DNA of 64,000 nucleotides, taken from an uncultured delta proteobacterium. GTDB taxonomy: Bacteria > Desulfobacterota > Syntrophia > Syntrophales > UBA5619. The stretch lies in contig CAWFOM010000001.1 of NCBI GenBank assembly GCA_963817385.1, forward strand, positions 256,001 to 320,000. Direction: 5' to 3'. The position numbers and the translations under genes are program-made. This document shows, in pieces, positions 59,754-64,000 of this stretch; positions within the stretch are counted from its first letter, which is position 1; the number at the start of each line of letters is the position of its first letter. Under the pieces are notes generated by a model, which saw only the letters and a list, made by a program, of their open reading frames with translations, was not told the DNA's origin and did no database searches.

Positions 59754-60851
59754 TCATTTGGGCATCCAGCCGAGCCCCTTGGCGTGCAGGCTCTGGATGT
59801 AGAGCCTCTCCGCAGTCTCCGTCACTCCCGTCGTTTCCGGGTAAGCGCCGCTCGGGTCCTGTAAATCGGCCACCACCTTACCGTCTTCCGTAAACGCCAT
59901 CACATGGCCGTAGGCCTTCGGAATCGGCCACATCGCCCGCGGCAGGCGCAGGGTGAGCTTGCGCATGAACGGTTTGGCGGCCAGGTTGTCGATGGTGGGG
60001 TTGCGCGGCTTGGCGAAGCCGAGCCAGATTTTCCCGTCGAGGCCGCGCATCAGGTTGTCCGGATACCCGGGCAGGTTGTCAAACAGCAGTTTGGCCTGAT
60101 CTCCCGGGGTCGAGATATCCAGATCTTTCGCGCTCACGGAAATCTTCCACACCCGGTATTTCCCGGTTTCATTGACGAACAGCGTTTGCTCATCCCGGCT
60201 CAGGGCCAGGCCGTTGGCAAAACTCAAACCTTTCGCCACGACACGGGTCGTTTTGTTTGCCGGGTCGTACTCCAGAACGCGGCCGGTCGATGCCTGCTCC
60301 AGGATGTCCAGCACACTGGCTTCAAATGTCCCGCCCCAATCCTTGGGCGCAAAGCGGGTCGACGCATCGCTCACATATATCTTGCCTGATTTGGCCACAA
60401 TTACCGCGTCTGCGTAGCGGATCGGATCCCCGCTTACCTTGTCGGTCAACACCGTGATCTTCCTGTCGGGGCTGATCGACAGCAGGCCCTTGTTGACGTC
60501 GGCCGCGATCAGGTTTCCGCCTGCGTCAAAGTCAAAACCCAGCACCCGCCCGCCGGTGTTTGCAAACACCTCTTGCGCGCTGCCATCCGGATTCATTCGC
60601 AGGATATTGCCGCTGGCAACCGTTGTGTAAAGCTTGCCGTCTTTGCCGAAGGCGATGTGCTCGGGCCCTTCTTCCGTGCCGAGGGAAATCATCCTGAGGT
60701 TGGCCAGCTTGGTGTTGACCGCGTGCGGACCGGCGTAGCCGGGCGGCATGGGTGCAGTCCAACTGACCGGTTCAATCGGCACCGGCCAGAGGGTCAAATA
60801 GGCAGCCAGCAGCAACAGAAGGACACCAATCGTCAGAATCAATTTTTTCAT
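59754..60851 (-). CDS. Strictosidine synthase-like / SMP-30 beta-propeller protein
   Basis: GPEHI, TGGRVLG, FANGLALS, LPGYPDN. Confidence 0.88.
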   Translation of the reverse strand: MKKLILTIGVLLLLLAAYLTLWPVPIEPVSWTAPMPPGYAGPHAVNTKLANLRMISLGTEEGPEHIAFGKDGKLYTTVASGNILRMNPDGSAQEVFANTGGRVLGFDFDAGGNLIAADVNKGLLSISPDRKITVLTDKVSGDPIRYADAVIVAKSGKIYVSDASTRFAPKDWGGTFEASVLDILEQASTGRVLEYDPANKTTRVVAKGLSFANGLALSRDEQTLFVNETGKYRVWKISVSAKDLDISTPGDQAKLLFDNLPGYPDNLMRGLDGKIWLGFAKPRNPTIDNLAAKPFMRKLTLRLPRAMWPIPKAYGHVMAFTEDGKVVADLQDPSGAYPETTGVTETAERLYIQSLHAKGLGWMPK

Positions 60852-61303
60852 AGAACCTCCCAGCAGCAATGCAACCATTCATCGTCGGGCAACTGCCGGT
60901 CAAGGTAAGAGGTGGCGCGCATGGCGTCCAGCAAGGCATCGGGAGCGGTCACGTTTCCGACTGTGTTTGATAAAATCTTGCCTGTTTGTTTTAAGAGTGT
61001 AGGGAGAAGGGAGTTGTGTGTCAAGAACAATTTACCGCGACCTTCGCAGGACGATCCGGATGGCAGTTGGCGAAACCGGCGCCGAAGAAGAGCATGGTAT
61101 CGAGGAATGGATTTCGCCGTCAAGCATCGATTCTGATCGCCTATCACCGAATGGACGTTGAACCTGCCTTAACGCCGGCGGTTGATAGAATAAAAACGAA
61201 AAATCTGATAAAGACAGCAACAAGTGGAATTTGCGGTTGACGACGGCGCGTCTTCTGATAACAGGGATCAACACGATTTAAAAAGGCGGAGGCACGAGCG
61301 GTT

Positions 61304-61765
61304 ATGGCAAAAGTAATTGCGGTAAATATCAGTACGGAGAAAGGCGTCAGGAAATATACCATCCCGTCGTGCCGGCTGGTTACCGATCACGGAATCGATG
61401 GGGACGCACATGCCGGCAAATGGCACCGGCAGATCAGCTTGCTGGCTCAGGAAAGCATTGATAAAATGCAGGCGACGCTGACGGACATCCAGCTCAAGCC
61501 CGGCGATTTCGCCGAAAATATAACGACAACAGGCATTGCCGTCATGAAACTGCCGATCGGCACGAAACTGAGAATTGGAAGCGAAGCAGAGCTTGAAGTA
61601 ACGCAAATCGGCAAGGAATGCCATATGTCGTGCGAGATCCGTAATCTCGTCGGCGACTGCGTCATGCCGCGCGAGGGGATCTTCGCGATCGTTATCCGGG
61701 AAGGCACAATCAAACCCGGGGATGAGATAGAAGTCATTTCGTCGTCCCTTGCAGGAGGGCGATGA
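61304..61765 (+). CDS. MOSC domain protein
   Basis: GDAHAG..RQISLL, FAENI, QIGKECH..C..MPREG. Confidence 0.92.
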   Translation: MAKVIAVNISTEKGVRKYTIPSCRLVTDHGIDGDAHAGKWHRQISLLAQESIDKMQATLTDIQLKPGDFAENITTTGIAVMKLPIGTKLRIGSEAELEVTQIGKECHMSCEIRNLVGDCVMPREGIFAIVIREGTIKPGDEIEVISSSLAGGR

Positions 61766-62531
61766 GACGGTCCGGGTGGTTGGTAATGATCCCGTCGACG
61801 CCGAGGGCGATGAACCGCGCCATCGCCTTCTGCGTGTTCACGGTCCAGACATGGACGCGGATTCCCCCGGCGTGTGCACGGCGGATGTTTTCCTCATTGA
61901 GCACCGTGGTCCGGCAATTGAGGACGGGGTAGATTGTCCCTCCGCCGGCCTCAGCGGGTTTCATCCAGGGCTTCTCGACGATCAGGGCCACGGGGAGGCG
62001 GGGGTTCCTCTCCCGGATCCTCTCGACGGCGGCGGGATCGAAAGAAGAGAAGAGGACTTGATCCGCCATCACCGCCATCTCGACGACCCGCAGCGTCCGG
62101 TCGGCCAGCTCTTCCATCGTGTAGGGGAAATTCTTCCCTTTTTTGAGCTCGATGTTGACGAGGATCCGGTTGCGGGTCAGCGCCAGGACCTCCGCGAGGG
62201 CCGGGATCCGCTCTCCGGAGAAGCGGGGATCGAACCAGGCGCCCGCGTCCAGACCCCTGAGTTCCGCAAAGGTCTTCCCCGCCACCGTCCCCCTGCCGCT
62301 CGTGGTCCGCTCCAGGGTGTCGTCGTGGATCACGACGACCTCGCCGTCCCGGGTGAGATGGACATCCAGCTCGATCATGTCGCAGCCGGCGTCGATCGCC
62401 GCCCGGAAGGCGGCCAGGGTGTTCTCCGGCGCCTCCCCGGAAAAGCCGCGGTGGGCGGTCACGATAATCGGATACCCCCCCCGCAGCGCATCGCCCGCCT
62501 CGGGAGCACTGTTCATGTATACGCATGCCAT
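61734..62531 (-). CDS. Glycerophosphodiester phosphodiesterase family protein
   Basis: AHRG..PENT, ELDV, HD, WTVN, GIITNHP; start uncertain. Confidence 0.92.
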   Translation of the reverse strand: MACVYMNSAPEAGDALRGGYPIIVTAHRGFSGEAPENTLAAFRAAIDAGCDMIELDVHLTRDGEVVVIHDDTLERTTSGRGTVAGKTFAELRGLDAGAWFDPRFSGERIPALAEVLALTRNRILVNIELKKGKNFPYTMEELADRTLRVVEMAVMADQVLFSSFDPAAVERIRERNPRLPVALIVEKPWMKPAEAGGGTIYPVLNCRTTVLNEENIRRAHAGGIRVHVWTVNTQKAMARFIALGVDGIITNHPDRLIALLQGTTK

Positions 62532-62602
62532 GATGAACCCTCCGCAGATGCAGGGGAAGAATGGATTACCCTTTGCCGGCCCCCCGCCGGATCCGGTAGA
62601 AA

Positions 62603-62680
62603 AGCCGGGTAGATGATAAGCTCCAGGATCGTGGAGGTGATGACGCTTCCCACCGTCGGCGCGGCAATCCATTTCATTAC
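62603..62680 (-). pseudogene. 3' fragment of a CusA/CzcA-type RND pump gene
   Basis: VMKWIAAPTVGSVITSTILELIIYPA resembles the last TM helix of CusA-type pumps. Confidence 0.6.
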
Positions 62681-63053
62681 GCGGTACCGGCGCCGTTCCA
62701 CCGCCGCGAATTATATTCCCACCTCCTCTTTTTGCAACCCCTTTCCGTGCGAAAAAAAACCGCGCCGAGGATTCTCTGTTTCAGAAAAACGGGTGCCTCG
62801 ATATTTTATCTCCTTTATTTATCGTAACTTAAAGTTTCTCGGCGAGGGCCTTTTCTCCCGCGGCACACGCCTTGCTTAACCGCTAGTGCTGATGGATGGC
62901 GCTACCTTCCGGTACCGGTCATCAGCCAGTCGGGGGGAAATCCCGCTAACCATTGCAGGGAAGGTAAGATCCGGAACGTTGACTTTACGAAACCGATGAC
63001 TATTTTAAGAGTGATTTTACAGTATTAACCTGAATTACGAAAGGAGAAAAACG

Positions 63054-63443
63054 ATGAAGAAAGTGGTCCTGGCGGCAATGGTGTTTTTTTTATTCGGCGG
63101 TTTGGCAATTGCCAAGGATTTTGAGGTAACGAAAAAGGCGGGGGATTACACCGTAGTGGTGGCTATCGACAAGAATCCCCCGGTGACCGGCGACAATAAC
63201 CTATCCGTTTCCGTAAAGGACGGCGGCGGCGCCGATGTCACCGATGCCAAGGTATCCGTAGAGTATTCCATGCCGGCCATGCCCGGGATGCCGGCCATGA
63301 AGTACAATGCCGATGCGGAATTGGCGGGGAAGATCTATAAGACAAAGGTGAACTTTTCCATGTCCGGCTCCTGGAACATGGGCGTCAAGATAGTCCGCGG
63401 CGGCAAGACGGCGCAGGTCAAGTTCACCGTTGACGCGAGGTAG
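63054..63443 (+). CDS. Exported FixH/YtkA-like protein with Met-rich motif
   Basis: Signal peptide; YSMPAMPGMPAM; MSGSW. Confidence 0.8.
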   Translation: MKKVVLAAMVFFLFGGLAIAKDFEVTKKAGDYTVVVAIDKNPPVTGDNNLSVSVKDGGGADVTDAKVSVEYSMPAMPGMPAMKYNADAELAGKIYKTKVNFSMSGSWNMGVKIVRGGKTAQVKFTVDAR

Positions 63444-63447
63444 GACA

Positions 63448-64000
63448 ATGCCGAAGAGACAGTGGGGCAACTCATGGCAAGGGAGGGAAGCGAAAACGAT
63501 CAGTATGGCTGCTCCGCTCCCGTGGGGTTCCATCTTTTTCCTTGGATTCTGCATCCTGGTTCTCACTGCGGTACGTGGCTTTGCAGAGGAGGGGACCGTG
63601 AAGCTCTCCGAGCTGATCCGGGAGGCCTTAAAGAACAATCCGGAGATCCACGTTGCCGCAGCACGGGAAGAAGCCTCACAGCATAAGATCCCCCAGGCCA
63701 CGTCCCTTGCCGATCCGATGTTCATGATGGGCTATGAAAATGAAGGGACGGACAGCTTTTACAACTTCAACCGGGATACCAAAGGGATGCCCGCTGATTC
63801 ACGGTGGATGTTTTCCCTCTCGCAGATGTTTCCCTATCCGGGGAAGCTTGCCCTCAAGGGGGAGATGGCGGCACGAGACGCGGAAGGCATGAAGGTGATG
63901 GTCGATTCCATGAAGTTGAACACCGTGGTCAGGGTACGGGAACTCTATTACGACCTCTTTGCCACCTATACGACAATCGATCTTCTGAACGATAAGGCGA
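63448..64000 (+). CDS. TolC-family outer-membrane efflux protein (runs off the window)
   Basis: Open frame to window end: LIREALKNNPEI..LADPM..SQMFPYPGKL; start 63448 or 63505. Confidence 0.85.
   Translation, partial: MPKRQWGNSWQGREAKTISMAAPLPWGSIFFLGFCILVLTAVRGFAEEGTVKLSELIREALKNNPEIHVAAAREEASQHKIPQATSLADPMFMMGYENEGTDSFYNFNRDTKGMPADSRWMFSLSQMFPYPGKLALKGEMAARDAEGMKVMVDSMKLNTVVRVRELYYDLFATYTTIDLLNDKA

Noticed and set aside
62880..62975. Structured RNA or riboswitch upstream of the FixH-like gene
   Set aside because: Some pairing is possible, but it lies upstream of the likely TTGACT promoter and matches no riboswitch I recognise

Overview
Window from an anaerobic deltaproteobacterium, probably Syntrophales-like (inferred from gene content). 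It has three parts. (1) 1-9.3 kb is an accessory patch. It starts with a complete IS110 element whose bridge-RNA guide loops can be read directly and match its own ends and flanks; an empty copy of its target sits in a MITE-like repeat at 46.27 kb. Regulators (ECF sigma, double-HTH TetR, MocR) and a decayed serine hydrolase follow. (2) 9.6-36.8 kb is a mobile/defence zone. A restriction-like operon (SNF2 helicase-DUF3883 nuclease, DUF1156 methyltransferase, Swt1-HEPN/DUF499 ATPase) has an MqsR-MqsA-SecB toxin-antitoxin-chaperone cassette nested inside it. Next comes a ~14 kb island integrated in tRNA-Glu(CTC), bounded by a 46-bp att duplication, whose integrase was truncated by a second IS110. 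(3) 37-64 kb is core genome: 2-oxoacid oxidoreductase/glutaryl-CoA dehydrogenase/glutaconyl-CoA decarboxylase cluster, gltX, yceD-rpmF-acpP-fabF-rpiB-glyA-nrdR-rib-nusB, leuS-lptE-rpsT and the start of a metal-efflux operon. Single-base frameshifts are frequent even in housekeeping genes, so most are probably long-read assembly errors. All protein calls come from motif recognition by eye, not database searches.
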